From the NCBI GenBank assembly GCA_049965775.1, contig JBMFVX010000002.1, forward strand, positions 1-53,824: a stretch of 53,824 bases of DNA, given 5' to 3'. Under the pieces are notes generated by a model. The model saw only the letters and a list, made by a program, of their open reading frames with translations, was not told where the DNA came from and searched no databases. This document shows positions 26,802-37,163 of this stretch, in pieces. Numbering within the stretch: position 1 is the first letter of the stretch; every line of letters starts with the position of its first letter. Source of the DNA: Phycisphaerae bacterium (lineage in GTDB: Bacteria; Planctomycetota; Phycisphaerae; WQYP01). The translations under genes and the position numbers were made by a program.

Positions 26802-29243
26802 CTACGGCGAGGTATCTGTCTCCCACACCCAATTGCGAATCTCAGGCATATCCTGCCCATACTGCGTGATATAGCGGCGGTGCTCGACGAGCTTTTCGTG
26901 TAATTCTTGTGTTATATAGGCAGCCGCAGCACCAAGCTGAGGCAAACGCTCGATCACATCTATCGCCAGATGAAAACGATCAAGGTCGTTAAGCACCGCC
27001 ATATCAAATGGTGTGGTGATGGTGCCTTCCTCCTTGTAGCCGCGAACATGCAGATTATGGTGATTATGCCGCCGGTAAGTCAGCCGGTGAATCAGCCAGG
27101 GATAGCCGTGATACGCAAAAATAATCGGCTTATCCGTTGTAAATAAGGCGTCAAAGTCATGGTCGCCAAGCCCATGCGGATGTTCCTCCGGCGGCTGCAG
27201 ACGCATAATGTCAACAATGTTGACGACGCGGATGGCAAGCGTCGGCAGGTACTTGCGCAGTATTTTGACCGTAGCCAGAATTTCGAGCGTCGGCACATCA
27301 CCGGCGGCCGCGAGCACCACGTCCGGCGAGCCAGCGCGATCACTGCTTGCCCACTCCCATATACCAAGACCGGCAGCGCAGTGTTTCACGGCTGCATCCA
27401 TATTCAGCCACTGCGGCGCGGGGTGTTTGCCGGCGACCACAACATTGACATATTGCCGGCTTCGCAGGCAGTGATCCATCACCGACAAGAGGCAATTGGC
27501 ATCAGGTGGGAGATATACCCGCACAATATCAGCCTTTTTATTGACTACATGATCAATAAAGCCGGGGTCTTGATGCGTAAAGCCGTTATGATCCTGACGC
27601 CACACATGTGACGCCAACAAATAATTCAATGAGGCTATTTTGCGTCGCCATGGCAAGCCGTTGGTAACCTTAAGCCATTTGGCATGTTGATTAAACATGG
27701 AATCCACAATATGAATAAATGCCTCGTAGCTGTTGAACAGTCCATGGCGTCCGGTAAGAAGATACCCCTCAAGCAGCCCTTGGCACTGATGCTCGCTAAG
27801 CATTTCAATAACGCGGCCGTCGGGAGCTAAGAACTCGTCCGAAGCGTTGACCGTCGCATCCCACTGGCGGCGAGTGACCTCAAACACAGCGCCCAGACGA
27901 TTTGACAAAGTTTCATCGGGACCAAAGATTCGAAAGTTGCGAGTGCTTACATTAAGACGCACCACATCGCGCAAAAAGCTACCAAGCACGCGCGTATCTT
28001 CGGCGATAGACGCACCCGGTGCCGACACCTTAACTCCGTAATCACGAAAATCGGGAAGCCGAAGCTCTTGCAGCAGCGCACCACCGTTGGCGTGCGGATT
28101 GGCGCTCATGCGGCGTACGCCGCGCGGCGCCAGAGACTTCAGTTGTTTTATCATTCGTCCGTCCGGCTCAAAAAGATTCTCGGCTCGATAGCTTTTGAGC
28201 CATTGTTCAAGCTCGCGCAGATCATTGGGATTGGTTCTTGGTTCAGCCAACGGCACTTGATGAGCACGAAACGTACCCTCTACTAATTGACCGTCAACAA
28301 CTTTGGGCCCCGTCCACCCTTTAGGCGTTGCGAGAACGATCATGGGCCAGGCCGGGCGCGGTGAAGCGGCCCGGTTGCGGCCTCGCGCAGCCGATTGAAT
28401 CCTGGCGATGTCATCAAATACAGCATCAAGCGTACGGGCCATGAGAGGGTGCATTTTTTTGGGGTCATTTCCTTCGACAAAATAGGGGTGATAGCCATAG
28501 CCAATAAGCAACTGCCTAAGCTCTTTGCGACTGATACGGGCGAGCACCGTCGGGTTGGAAATCTTAAATCCATTCAGGTGCAGAATCGGCAACACCGCCC
28601 CATCTGTGGCGGGATTGATAAACTTATTGGTATGCCACGCCGTCGCCAAAGGACCGGTTTCAGCCTCGCCATCGCCAATGACGCAGGCGGCAATCAAGGT
28701 TGGATTATCGAGCACCGCGCCATAAGCATGGCTTAATGAATAGCCAAGCTCGCCGCCTTCATGGATTGAGCCGGGAGTCTCTGGCGCAACATGACTCGGA
28801 ATGCCCCCCGGAAACGAGAATTGGCGGAATAACTTTTTCATGCCAAGTTCGTCTTGGGTTATTTCCGGATACACCTCGCTGTAGGTTCCCTCGAGATAGG
28901 TGTTGGCCACTACGGCCGGGCCGCCGTGACCCGGGCCGGAAATATAAATCATATTCACATTGCGTTCTTTGATGATCCGGTTGAGGTGCGCATAAATAAA
29001 GTTTTGCCCCGGTGTCGTGCCCCAGTGGCCCAGCAATCGTGGCTTTATATGATCTACAGACAGTGGCTCCTTCAACAGCGGATTGTCGTAGAGATAAATT
29101 TGCCCAACCGATAAATAATTGGCCGCCCGCCACCATGCATCTACAATAGCGAATGGATTCGCCAAAGGCAGAATCGAAGCAATCCGATCTTTACCCCGGG
29201 CAGTTCGACGTTTCTTGCTTGGGTGTCGCGGAGTTTTGGTCAT
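26802..29243 (-). CDS. xfp: Xylulose-5-phosphate/fructose-6-phosphate phosphoketolase
   Basis: 813 aa with [27 protein letters not shown] and the signature [16 protein letters not shown]. Confidence 0.95.
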   Translation of the reverse strand: MTKTPRHPSKKRRTARGKDRIASILPLANPFAIVDAWWRAANYLSVGQIYLYDNPLLKEPLSVDHIKPRLLGHWGTTPGQNFIYAHLNRIIKERNVNMIYISGPGHGGPAVVANTYLEGTYSEVYPEITQDELGMKKLFRQFSFPGGIPSHVAPETPGSIHEGGELGYSLSHAYGAVLDNPTLIAACVIGDGEAETGPLATAWHTNKFINPATDGAVLPILHLNGFKISNPTVLARISRKELRQLLIGYGYHPYFVEGNDPKKMHPLMARTLDAVFDDIARIQSAARGRNRAASPRPAWPMIVLATPKGWTGPKVVDGQLVEGTFRAHQVPLAEPRTNPNDLRELEQWLKSYRAENLFEPDGRMIKQLKSLAPRGVRRMSANPHANGGALLQELRLPDFRDYGVKVSAPGASIAEDTRVLGSFLRDVVRLNVSTRNFRIFGPDETLSNRLGAVFEVTRRQWDATVNASDEFLAPDGRVIEMLSEHQCQGLLEGYLLTGRHGLFNSYEAFIHIVDSMFNQHAKWLKVTNGLPWRRKIASLNYLLASHVWRQDHNGFTHQDPGFIDHVVNKKADIVRVYLPPDANCLLSVMDHCLRSRQYVNVVVAGKHPAPQWLNMDAAVKHCAAGLGIWEWASSDRAGSPDVVLAAAGDVPTLEILATVKILRKYLPTLAIRVVNIVDIMRLQPPEEHPHGLGDHDFDALFTTDKPIIFAYHGYPWLIHRLTYRRHNHHNLHVRGYKEEGTITTPFDMAVLNDLDRFHLAIDVIERLPQLGAAAAYITQELHEKLVEHRRYITQYGQDMPEIRNWVWETDTSP

Positions 29244-29280
29244 ATATGGTTCCTTTCATCGTTCGCTGGCAATTCGCCGT

Positions 29281-30663
29281 TTACGCAGAGTTCCTTCCGA
29301 CCGACAAGGCGTCGGTAATAATATCAATCATAAAACGCTCCTCGTCCGTCGGGATCACACGCACTGTTACCTTGGATGATGATGTTGAAATGATGGCCTT
29401 CCTGAGTCGGTTTGCACGTTGATCAATTTTTACCCCCAAAAATTCCAAGCCGGCGCATATACGCGCTCTTATCGCGGTCGCATGTTCACCAATTCCGCCG
29501 GAAAACACCAAAGTATCCAGCCCTCCCATTACCGCCACCATCGAACCTAGATTTTTGCGGGCAGCATATACATATTGATTAATCGCATCGGCAGCTCGAA
29601 TATCTCGGCTCGCGATTGACAGCAAGGTCTGCATATCGCCCGTGCTTTCCGATATTCCAAACATCCCGCATTCAGTATTGATAAAGAGGTCCATTGCAGC
29701 CGCAGTCTTGAGATGTGGATAAGCCCGCATCAGATATACCAACAACCCCGGGTCCAAGTCGCCGGGACGAGTAGCCATCACCAGCCCAGCAGTCGGTGTA
29801 AACGCCATGGTTGTGTCCAGCGGCCTGCCCGCCTTCACAGCCGCCATGCTGGAACCAGCACCAAGATGCGCAAGCAGGACGCGACCGCCGACCGCAGCCG
29901 TACCGCCGCATCGCAACAGCTCTTGCATGAGATAGCCGTATGACAGGCCATGAAAACCAAACCGGCGTAAACCATCTCTGGTATACCGCCGTGGAATAGG
30001 CAACAGCTGCGCATCGCGCGGCAAGTGCTCATGAAAGGCACTGTCGAGGCAGGCATATTGAAACGCTCTTGAAAACTGACTCCTGGCTGCTTCAATCAGG
30101 GCAATTTCCAGCGGCAAATGAGCCGGGTCAATGGGAATACTGCGTTTAAGTAAAGTCAACACGCGTGCGGTAATCTTTTGGTGGCCTGCCAGATAAATGC
30201 CCCCATGCACCACGCGATGGCCCACGGCTACAACCGTGTATCCACAAAGCCGGGCGGCAATTGCGGCAAGCAGCAGACGCGCAGATTCGCGTGACTTGGC
30301 GCCTCGTATAGTGCGGCTTGTTGCCGAATAAGTCGCGTTACATGCATTGATAAAACTCGCGTGCATCTGAATTGTGAGTTTGGCATCTCGCTCTCCGATA
30401 TGAGTCAACTCTCCCCAAAGAAGTCGTACATGCCCCGATCCAGCCCTATAGACCGCAAACTTGATGCTGGAGGATCCACCATTCAACACCAATATAACGG
30501 TCGGCCTGCGGGCAACGACAGTTGACGACGGGGCGCACGATGACGACTCGCCAAGCTCGCTGTTTTTAATGGATTGGATTTTACGCACAGGTTGATCTAC
30601 CCCTTCCTTGGCCGCACGCGATACCCAAAAGTCATTGAGCACCGCGCTGCACCGCCGCAACAT
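29281..30663 (-). CDS. ackA: Acetate kinase
   Basis: ILVLNGGSSSIKF, VGHRVVHGG, FHGLSY, HLGAGSS and VFSGGIGEH blocks are present. The start is uncertain: ATG 30663, GTG 30642 or GTG 30588. The 664-aa track ORF (to 31275) is a shadow extension across the divergent gene. Confidence 0.85.
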   Translation of the reverse strand: MLRRCSAVLNDFWVSRAAKEGVDQPVRKIQSIKNSELGESSSCAPSSTVVARRPTVILVLNGGSSSIKFAVYRAGSGHVRLLWGELTHIGERDAKLTIQMHASFINACNATYSATSRTIRGAKSRESARLLLAAIAARLCGYTVVAVGHRVVHGGIYLAGHQKITARVLTLLKRSIPIDPAHLPLEIALIEAARSQFSRAFQYACLDSAFHEHLPRDAQLLPIPRRYTRDGLRRFGFHGLSYGYLMQELLRCGGTAAVGGRVLLAHLGAGSSMAAVKAGRPLDTTMAFTPTAGLVMATRPGDLDPGLLVYLMRAYPHLKTAAAMDLFINTECGMFGISESTGDMQTLLSIASRDIRAADAINQYVYAARKNLGSMVAVMGGLDTLVFSGGIGEHATAIRARICAGLEFLGVKIDQRANRLRKAIISTSSSKVTVRVIPTDEERFMIDIITDALSVGRNSA

Positions 30664-30865
30664 CACCGCCTGAAGCAAATCCAGGGACAAGCCTACCACT
30701 TTGTATGCAGTGTTGCCAAATGTGACACCAGACGCGGGCACAAAACATGCCGCAACATCGGCCGGCCAACGTATTGCATCTGGCTTTTCCAGCAGGATGC
30801 AGTTTGGTAGACTATTGCTTGCCCGGCGTTGCTTGCTTGGGCGGTTTCTTTTCGGAGGCATGCAT

Positions 30866-31690
30866 ATGAAATTACTGAATCTAACGTCGCGGCTATCTTT
30901 TGACCTAAAATTTAAATTAATGCTGAAAATATTCGCTGGTACAATGTTGGCCTTCGTTTGGGCGAGCGCTGCACAGGCCAATGTGCAGGTCGGCGATAAA
31001 CTACATCTGGCGTTGCACACCACCAATGGCATGTTGATTACCACGCCCGAGCTTAAAGGGCATTTGCTGGTTGTAGATTTTTGGGCTACCTGGTGCCATC
31101 CCTGCATGATGGAGGTCCCCCACATCGTCAAACTGTACAAGAAATATGCACCCGAAGGAGTTGGGTTTGTGGGTGTAAGCCTTGATTCAGACATTCCGAC
31201 CATGCAGGCGGTCGCCAAGCAAAAAGGAATTGTCTGGCCGCAGGTATGCCAAGCTCTCGCTTGGGGCAGCCCCATAGCAAAGGCATGGGGCGTAAATGCA
31301 ATACCTCAAACGTTCCTTATTGGTCCTAATGGACGCGTACTTTTTCGTGGCTTTCCAGAAGGCTTGGGAACGGCTATTCGCCACGCGCTAAAGGACCATC
31401 CCACTATTGAAATTTTACGCACGCAGGTGGCAAGCACCATTGCAGAAGCCAAACAACAAGTTGCATCGGGCAATGTTTCACAGGCAATCGCCGCACTCGA
31501 TGGGCTGCCAGCCGGCCTGCAGCACGATCGCCATCTCTACGCCCCCGCGAGAAAATTGGCATTTGCATTTCGCAAAGCGGGTAAAGCGGCTGTAAAAGCT
31601 CTGCTTGCCGACAAAAGTGGCACGGCGTCTATGACGATTTTATTGGGAAGTCGTGGACAGCTTCTGGAAGATTTAGGGGTGGCCAACTAA
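30866..31690 (+). CDS. TlpA-like thioredoxin-fold thiol:disulfide oxidoreductase with a helical C-terminal extension
   Basis: GGAGG lies 7 nt before ATG 30866. Signal peptide ...MLAFVWASAAQA, CxxC motif FWATWCHPC, then AIPQTFLIGPNG. The C-terminal ~110 aa are an extra domain. Confidence 0.8.
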   Translation: MKLLNLTSRLSFDLKFKLMLKIFAGTMLAFVWASAAQANVQVGDKLHLALHTTNGMLITTPELKGHLLVVDFWATWCHPCMMEVPHIVKLYKKYAPEGVGFVGVSLDSDIPTMQAVAKQKGIVWPQVCQALAWGSPIAKAWGVNAIPQTFLIGPNGRVLFRGFPEGLGTAIRHALKDHPTIEILRTQVASTIAEAKQQVASGNVSQAIAALDGLPAGLQHDRHLYAPARKLAFAFRKAGKAAVKALLADKSGTASMTILLGSRGQLLEDLGVAN

Positions 31691-31980
31691 TAATCAAGTG
31701 CTGTGACCGCGAGTTAGCTTGCCCGTGTAAAGCGACAGTCGAGGCATACGCTTTGTTGCGTAATAGAAAAACCTTTGCACTTATTAAATGCCATTACCCT
31801 CCTTGCCATAATGCCGATTTGGCCAGCGGGCCAACTTGCAGGCGCCGCATCTGCTCACAGGTGGGCATTTCACATCGCTGGGCTTTCCCGCATTTCTGAT
31901 CGTTCTCAGCGACGATCCAGCGATCTTCCTGCCGCAAATTTTGCTTGCAGCATCTTGCATCTCTCGTCCTCCTCCCGCAC

Positions 31981-32011
31981 AATGCTTGCCTGCATAACAG
32001 GAGCAAGCATT
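31981..32011 (+). promoter_or_regulatory. 9-bp perfect hairpin enclosing the SD and touching the start codon of the downstream glycosidase gene
   Basis: AATGCTTGC (31981-31989) pairs with GCAAGCATT (32003-32011). The loop holds AGGA of the SD, and the last paired base is the first T of the TTG start. Confidence 0.4.
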
Positions 32012-33096
32012 TGAGTTCTTCTCATTCAAAACGACTGCTGACCGCAATCGCATTTCTTGGCCTTGTATTGGCGATTACAAGGGGGGCTATCGCTCAACCA
32101 TACAAGGCAAGCCTGGCGCTGACCCGTGCCAGCGGCGCGCTACCTCCAATCCGGGGGGTTTCAATGCAGATCAGCGATCCTGAACATTTAGCCGCCTACA
32201 AACACTCCATGGTTACGCTGGAAAGTTATGGTATTCGCTGGCTCAATATCGTTTTTCAGGCACACATGAAACATGTAACCAGCAATCGCATTTATTGGAA
32301 CAAGGCAGTGCTGCCATCCCCCGCGAACATGGTAAATCTTCTGCTGTATGCCCGCAAACATCACTTCCGTACGATGGTGATGCCAATTTTTCTGATTGAT
32401 AACGCCGTAGGCGATGAGTGGCGCGGTGCGATTAAGCCAGCCAACTGGAATACGTGGTTCGCAAGCTATCGGCGGTACATCAAAATATGCGCCCGTGCCG
32501 CACAGCTAGGGCATGCGGCCATTTTCTCTGTTGGGAGCGAACTGCTGACGACAGAAAAGTTTGAAAACCAGTGGTTGCGCATTGTCCACGACGCTCGCGA
32601 ACGCTTTCATGGCAAGCTAACTTACAGCGCCAACTGGGATCACTACCAATATGTCCGAATATGGAATAAGCTCGATTATATCGGAATGAACGCCTATTAT
32701 CAGCTCGCCCGCCATCCCGGTTACAGCGTAGAGCACATCGAGCGCGCATGGCAACCGGTAAAACGCCAAGTTTTAAGGTTTGCCCAGCAGCATCATAAAC
32801 CGATGTTTTTTACGGAAATTGGCTGGGATAATCTACAAAACACAATTATGGCCCCGTGGGATTACCTTGGTACCGGCCCCATGGACCCCAACGAACAGCG
32901 GCGCGCCTATGAAGCCTTTGCAGGCGTCTGGCGAGGAATTTCTCCAAAACTCTTTGCCGGCGCGTTTATCTGGGAATGGGTTCCCGGTGCAAAACCCGGC
33001 GAATACGGTTCGTATTCCCTCCAAGGGGAGCCTGCCCTGCCAGTGGTGCTTCATTGGGTTGTCGGCCCAGCTAAACCACCCGCCAACAACCCGTAG
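32011..33096 (+). CDS. Secreted TIM-barrel glycoside hydrolase (clan GH-A-like; family not assigned)
   Basis: TTG 32011 has AGGAG 7 nt upstream and gives the signal peptide MSSSHSKRLLTAIAFLGLVLAITRGAIAQ. Candidate acid/base VGSELL and nucleophile FFTEIGW fit the spacing of a (beta/alpha)8 retaining glycosidase. Confidence 0.55.
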   Translation: MSSSHSKRLLTAIAFLGLVLAITRGAIAQPYKASLALTRASGALPPIRGVSMQISDPEHLAAYKHSMVTLESYGIRWLNIVFQAHMKHVTSNRIYWNKAVLPSPANMVNLLLYARKHHFRTMVMPIFLIDNAVGDEWRGAIKPANWNTWFASYRRYIKICARAAQLGHAAIFSVGSELLTTEKFENQWLRIVHDARERFHGKLTYSANWDHYQYVRIWNKLDYIGMNAYYQLARHPGYSVEHIERAWQPVKRQVLRFAQQHHKPMFFTEIGWDNLQNTIMAPWDYLGTGPMDPNEQRRAYEAFAGVWRGISPKLFAGAFIWEWVPGAKPGEYGSYSLQGEPALPVVLHWVVGPAKPPANNP

Positions 33097-33241
33097 CCGC
33101 TCAAGCCGCAATCGCGTGACGCAAAGCGTGTAACGGGTAGAATACCGCCCAGTTGTTTGCCATTGGTACATTGCGCGTATCGGGTAGGCAATCCCGGCAT
33201 GCCTGTGGCAACCGGTAGACCTCATTGAAAGGAAACAGTCT

Positions 33242-35029
33242 TTGCAACTCAAACGCACCAATAACTGCGGAGAACTCCGCGAACAAGATGCCGGTAAACA
33301 AGTAACGCTTACCGGATGGGTCAACTCGTATCGCGATCATGGCGGCGTCGTCTTTGTAGACCTGCGCGACCGATGGGGCGTGACACAGGCGGTTTTTCAT
33401 CCAGAGCATGCCGACGCGTATGCCATCGGCCGACAGCTTCGCAACGAGGATGTGGCCGGCATACAAGGCCGAGTGACAACCCGTGCAGGCACGGCCATCA
33501 ACCCCAAAATGCCAACTGGCCGCATTGAAGTCATCGTGGAGCGAGCCGAGCTTATCAACAAAGCTGATGCGGTTCCCTTTTCTCCAACCGGCCATGATGT
33601 TGTCAATGAAGACACACGACTTAAGTATCGCTATCTGGACCTGCGCCGCCGCCCCATGACCGAGGCCCTGGTGCTACGCCATCGCGTGGTGAAAATCATG
33701 CGCGACTACTGCGATCAGCACGGCTTTCTAGAAATCGAAACGCCCATCCTGTACAAAAGCACACCCGAAGGCGCTCGCGAGTTTTTAGTGCCCTCGCGGT
33801 TGCACGCAGGACAATTTTATGCCTTGCCTCAAAGCCCTCAGTTGTTTAAGCAGGTACTGATGGTGGGCGGTATGGATCGCTATATGCAGATTGCCCGCTG
33901 CTTTCGAGATGAGGACCTGCGCGCCGACCGGCAACCTGAGTTCACCCAGCTTGATCTGGAAATGAGCTTTGTCGAACGAGAGGATGTTATTGAGCTAATT
34001 ACCGGCTTGATTGCGCGACTCTGGCGGGAAGTACTGGGAATTGAATTGCATACCCCCTTTAAACGCATGAGTTGGCAGGAGGCCATGGATCGCTTTGGCA
34101 TAGATCGCCCTGATACGCGCTTTGGCATGGAATTGACTGACGTAAGCAATTGGGCTGCGCAAAGCCAGTTTGCCGTTTTCCGCGATGCTGCGGTTGGCGG
34201 CGGCTGCGTAAAAATGATTGCGGTTCCCGGTGGCGGCAGCCTCTCGCGTAAGCAACTCGATGCCTTGACAGAAGAAGCCAAAAAACTCGGAGCCAAAGGG
34301 CTTGCCTGGATCAAACTCGGCGGTGAAGCAGGTGCTGGAAACATGGGCGGACCGATCGCCAAATTTCTTACGACCGAGCAGCAACAGGAACTCCGCCGCC
34401 TGACCCGTGCAGCGGATGGCGACCTGCTGCTGTCTGTTGCCGACAAGCAGGAAGTAGCCTGGCGCGTGTTGGGTGAAATTCGCCAATCGCTGGCGCGTCA
34501 ACTCAACATGATTCCGGCCGACAGGCACGACTTTTTATGGATTGTTGATTTTCCGAGCTTTGAACATGACGCAGCGGCCGGCCGATATATCGCGCGGCAC
34601 CATCCTTTCACAGCCCCTTTGGATGAAGACCTGCATTTACTCAAAACCAATCCCGAAAAGGTGCGGGCGAAAGCATACGACATTGTGCTTAACGGCATTG
34701 AAATTGGCGGTGGGTCAATCCGTATTCACCAGCGGGAGGTGCAATCGCAGATTTTTTCACTTCTGGGGATCAGCCCGGATGAGGCACAAAAGAAGTTCGC
34801 CTTTCTCCTCGATGCGTTGCGCTTTGGAGCGCCTCCTCATGGCGGCATTGCGCTGGGTCTTGATCGCTTAATCATGCTCATGCTCAACCGCGCAAGCATC
34901 CGCGAGGTTATAGCATTTCCCAAAACCCAGAGTGGAAGTGATCTTATGACAGAGGCTCCCTCCCCCGTCGAGCCTCGGCAATTGCAGGAGTTAGCGATTG
35001 CCGCCATCAAACCCCAGGTCAAAACTTAG
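33242..35029 (+). CDS. aspS: Aspartate--tRNA ligase
   Basis: 595 aa bacterial type, with an OB anticodon-binding domain, motif 2 FRDEDLRADRQPEFTQLD, motif 3 GGIALGLDRL and the GAD insertion. TTG start with AAGGA upstream. Confidence 0.95.
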   Translation: MQLKRTNNCGELREQDAGKQVTLTGWVNSYRDHGGVVFVDLRDRWGVTQAVFHPEHADAYAIGRQLRNEDVAGIQGRVTTRAGTAINPKMPTGRIEVIVERAELINKADAVPFSPTGHDVVNEDTRLKYRYLDLRRRPMTEALVLRHRVVKIMRDYCDQHGFLEIETPILYKSTPEGAREFLVPSRLHAGQFYALPQSPQLFKQVLMVGGMDRYMQIARCFRDEDLRADRQPEFTQLDLEMSFVEREDVIELITGLIARLWREVLGIELHTPFKRMSWQEAMDRFGIDRPDTRFGMELTDVSNWAAQSQFAVFRDAAVGGGCVKMIAVPGGGSLSRKQLDALTEEAKKLGAKGLAWIKLGGEAGAGNMGGPIAKFLTTEQQQELRRLTRAADGDLLLSVADKQEVAWRVLGEIRQSLARQLNMIPADRHDFLWIVDFPSFEHDAAAGRYIARHHPFTAPLDEDLHLLKTNPEKVRAKAYDIVLNGIEIGGGSIRIHQREVQSQIFSLLGISPDEAQKKFAFLLDALRFGAPPHGGIALGLDRLIMLMLNRASIREVIAFPKTQSGSDLMTEAPSPVEPRQLQELAIAAIKPQVKT

Positions 35030-35218
35030 CGGATGCTTGGAAGAAGCTGATTTTTGGGGCAATGCGTCCGGGGCATAAGGCGCAATGACGTAACCGCTAG
35101 GCTCGGCGCTCAGAAGCAACTACAATGACACGCAGGAGCAACTGGCCGAGGAGCAGCCGAACACATGCGCAACCGCTGGGGACGGGAGCGCCTTGCAGCG
35201 AAGGTTAGTTTTACAAAC

Positions 35219-36655
35219 ATGCTGAACTGTACAAAAACCAAAATTGTTGCCACGCTGGGACCGGCTTGCGCCAACCCGGAACTGTTCAACCAAATGGCTC
35301 ACACCGGAGTAACCATTGCGCGGCTGAATTTTTCCCATGGATCGGTCGAAACGCGACTGCAATACCTGCAGACCGTCCGCCAGGCGCAAAGTCAGTACCC
35401 GGTTGCCGTCATGGGCGATCTCTGCGGACCCAAAATACGCCTCGGCAAAGTTGCCGACGGCGGCATGCAGGCCGCGACGGGCGATCAAATTACGATACAG
35501 CGCGATGACGTAATCGGCGCCAACGGCATCCTAAGCTCCAATACCCCCTGCCTCGTGGATGACGTTCAGATTGGGCAAAAGGTGCTCATTGATGATGGCA
35601 TGATCCGAATGCTGGTGGTGGACAAACTGCCGGGCAGAATCATCTGCCAGGTTACGCATGGCGGGCTTATTCAAAGCAATAAAGGCCTGAATCTTCCCAA
35701 CACACGCCTGAGCATACCCAGTATTACCGATAAGGACTGGACAGACCTCGACTGGGCCGTTAACCAAGACCTCGACTACATCGCACTCTCATTCGTCCGA
35801 TCAAGCGATGACATAAATGCGGTACGACAATTTCTGGATCGGCGGCGTTCCAATATTGACATAATAGCTAAAATTGAAATGCCCCAGGCGGTGGACGATC
35901 TTCCCGCGATTCTCGACGCCGCAGATGGCGTGCTGGTGGCTCGCGGTGACATGGGCGTCGAAATGGAACTGACCTCTGTTCCGCTGATTCAAAAACAGAT
36001 TGTGGCTGCCGCCCACGATGCCGGAAAACCGGCAATTGTTGCCACGCAAATGCTTCAGTCCATGTTGGATAATCCATCGCCGACAAGGGCTGAGGTCTCT
36101 GATGTAGCCAATGCCATTCTCGACCGCGCCGATGCAGTTATGCTCAGCGGCGAAACAGCTGTCGGAAAATATCCGCTTGAATCCGTACAAACGCTGCGCG
36201 ACATTGCGGAGCGCACCGAGCGTTATATGGTGCAACATAACATCGAAGTTGAACCCCCTAAATTGCTCCAACTTACGCACCACCGCACGGCGGCGATCGC
36301 CCACGGCGCCAGGCTCATAGCCAAAGATATCAACGCGCGGCTGGTGGTAGTATGGTCCCAGGCGGGCGGATCCGCCCGATACCTTTCCAAAAACCGGCTG
36401 CCGATGCATGTGGTTGCGCTCTCAACAGACCCCGCTGCGGTTCGCCGCATGGCGCTGTACTATGGCGTTATGCCGATGCGCATGGATATACCGCGTCACT
36501 TTGACGATTTGCCCGGCATGGTGGATGATTTGGTCAAGCGTTTTGGATGGGCACAGCCCGGCGAGAGAATTTTAATTGCAGCCGGATCGCCCCTGGGCAC
36601 CGCAGGGGCAACCAACAGTCTAAGCGTGCATACAGTGGGCGAGGCGGCAAGCTGA
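35219..36655 (+). CDS. pyk: Pyruvate kinase
   Basis: ATG 35219 gives MLNCTKTKIVATLGPAC. Also NFSHGS, MVARGDMGVE and ATQMLQSM blocks. Confidence 0.9.
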   Translation: MLNCTKTKIVATLGPACANPELFNQMAHTGVTIARLNFSHGSVETRLQYLQTVRQAQSQYPVAVMGDLCGPKIRLGKVADGGMQAATGDQITIQRDDVIGANGILSSNTPCLVDDVQIGQKVLIDDGMIRMLVVDKLPGRIICQVTHGGLIQSNKGLNLPNTRLSIPSITDKDWTDLDWAVNQDLDYIALSFVRSSDDINAVRQFLDRRRSNIDIIAKIEMPQAVDDLPAILDAADGVLVARGDMGVEMELTSVPLIQKQIVAAAHDAGKPAIVATQMLQSMLDNPSPTRAEVSDVANAILDRADAVMLSGETAVGKYPLESVQTLRDIAERTERYMVQHNIEVEPPKLLQLTHHRTAAIAHGARLIAKDINARLVVVWSQAGGSARYLSKNRLPMHVVALSTDPAAVRRMALYYGVMPMRMDIPRHFDDLPGMVDDLVKRFGWAQPGERILIAAGSPLGTAGATNSLSVHTVGEAAS

Positions 36656-36714
36656 TGGCTTGACGCCCAGAGTTGCGGGTGCTGAACAATGATTGTGTGA
36701 ATCGGGTGGTAAGG

Positions 36715-37128
36715 ATGCTTCATCTAAAACTCTTAAACAACTGGACTCGACAACTGCGGGCAACGGTCTTGGTAATTTGTTGCCTGCTGGCCCTCGGTTG
36801 CGGCGAGTTGGAAAACTATCCGCCCGGGCAACCTGGTTGGCACACATCGGATTATTCGGTGGTTTTTGGACGGCTTGAGCATAGCCGTTCTAATGCGTCG
36901 CAATGGGTGCTGCGTTATGCGTCTGTTACCACTGCGGATACATATGGAGGCAAGTTTCGGCTGAGCCCAACACAAATGTTTAACTGTCTGGCGCCCGGCG
37001 ATCAAATTGAAGTTATTGGTAAGCCCATTGTCAAAGCAAAGCCGTCTGCCGGGGCCGAACCGACCTACCGGGTACAAACCGTGTACTATTGGCTTAGTTC
37101 AGGCCGGCGTTCGGTGCTTACTCGATAA
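36715..37128 (+). CDS. Hypothetical lipoprotein
   Basis: ATG 36715. The N-terminus ...ATVLVICCLLALGCGE has a lipobox-like LALGC. The mature part is ~110 aa with no recognised domain. Confidence 0.5.
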   Translation: MLHLKLLNNWTRQLRATVLVICCLLALGCGELENYPPGQPGWHTSDYSVVFGRLEHSRSNASQWVLRYASVTTADTYGGKFRLSPTQMFNCLAPGDQIEVIGKPIVKAKPSAGAEPTYRVQTVYYWLSSGRRSVLTR

Positions 37129-37163
37129 GTCGCTCGCCAGGGCAAGTTGCCGTGCTGCATTTA

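Noticed and set aside
30664-31275. The 664-aa minus-strand ORF that extends acetate kinase 204 codons upstream.
   Set aside because: Homology to AckA begins only at about residue 260 (ILVLNGGSSSIKF). The extra N-terminal part runs antisense through the well-supported TlpA-like gene and its SD and signal peptide, and it has Cys/Ser/Thr-rich shadow-frame composition. It is treated as a read-through open frame, not coding sequence.
33880-34528. Long antisense ORFs inside conserved genes. Examples: 33880-34446 and 33995-34528 opposite aspS, 10426-10926 opposite kdsA, 35801-36409 opposite pyk, 40358-41059 and 41285-41869 opposite the Pat-like gene, 46229-46936 opposite GH3, and 19269-19871 opposite the TPR gene.
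   Set aside because: Each lies fully within a gene whose product shows clear family motifs on the other strand. Their translations are Arg/Ala/Ser/Gly-rich low-complexity strings with no recognisable motifs, as expected for stop-poor shadow frames in GC-rich DNA.
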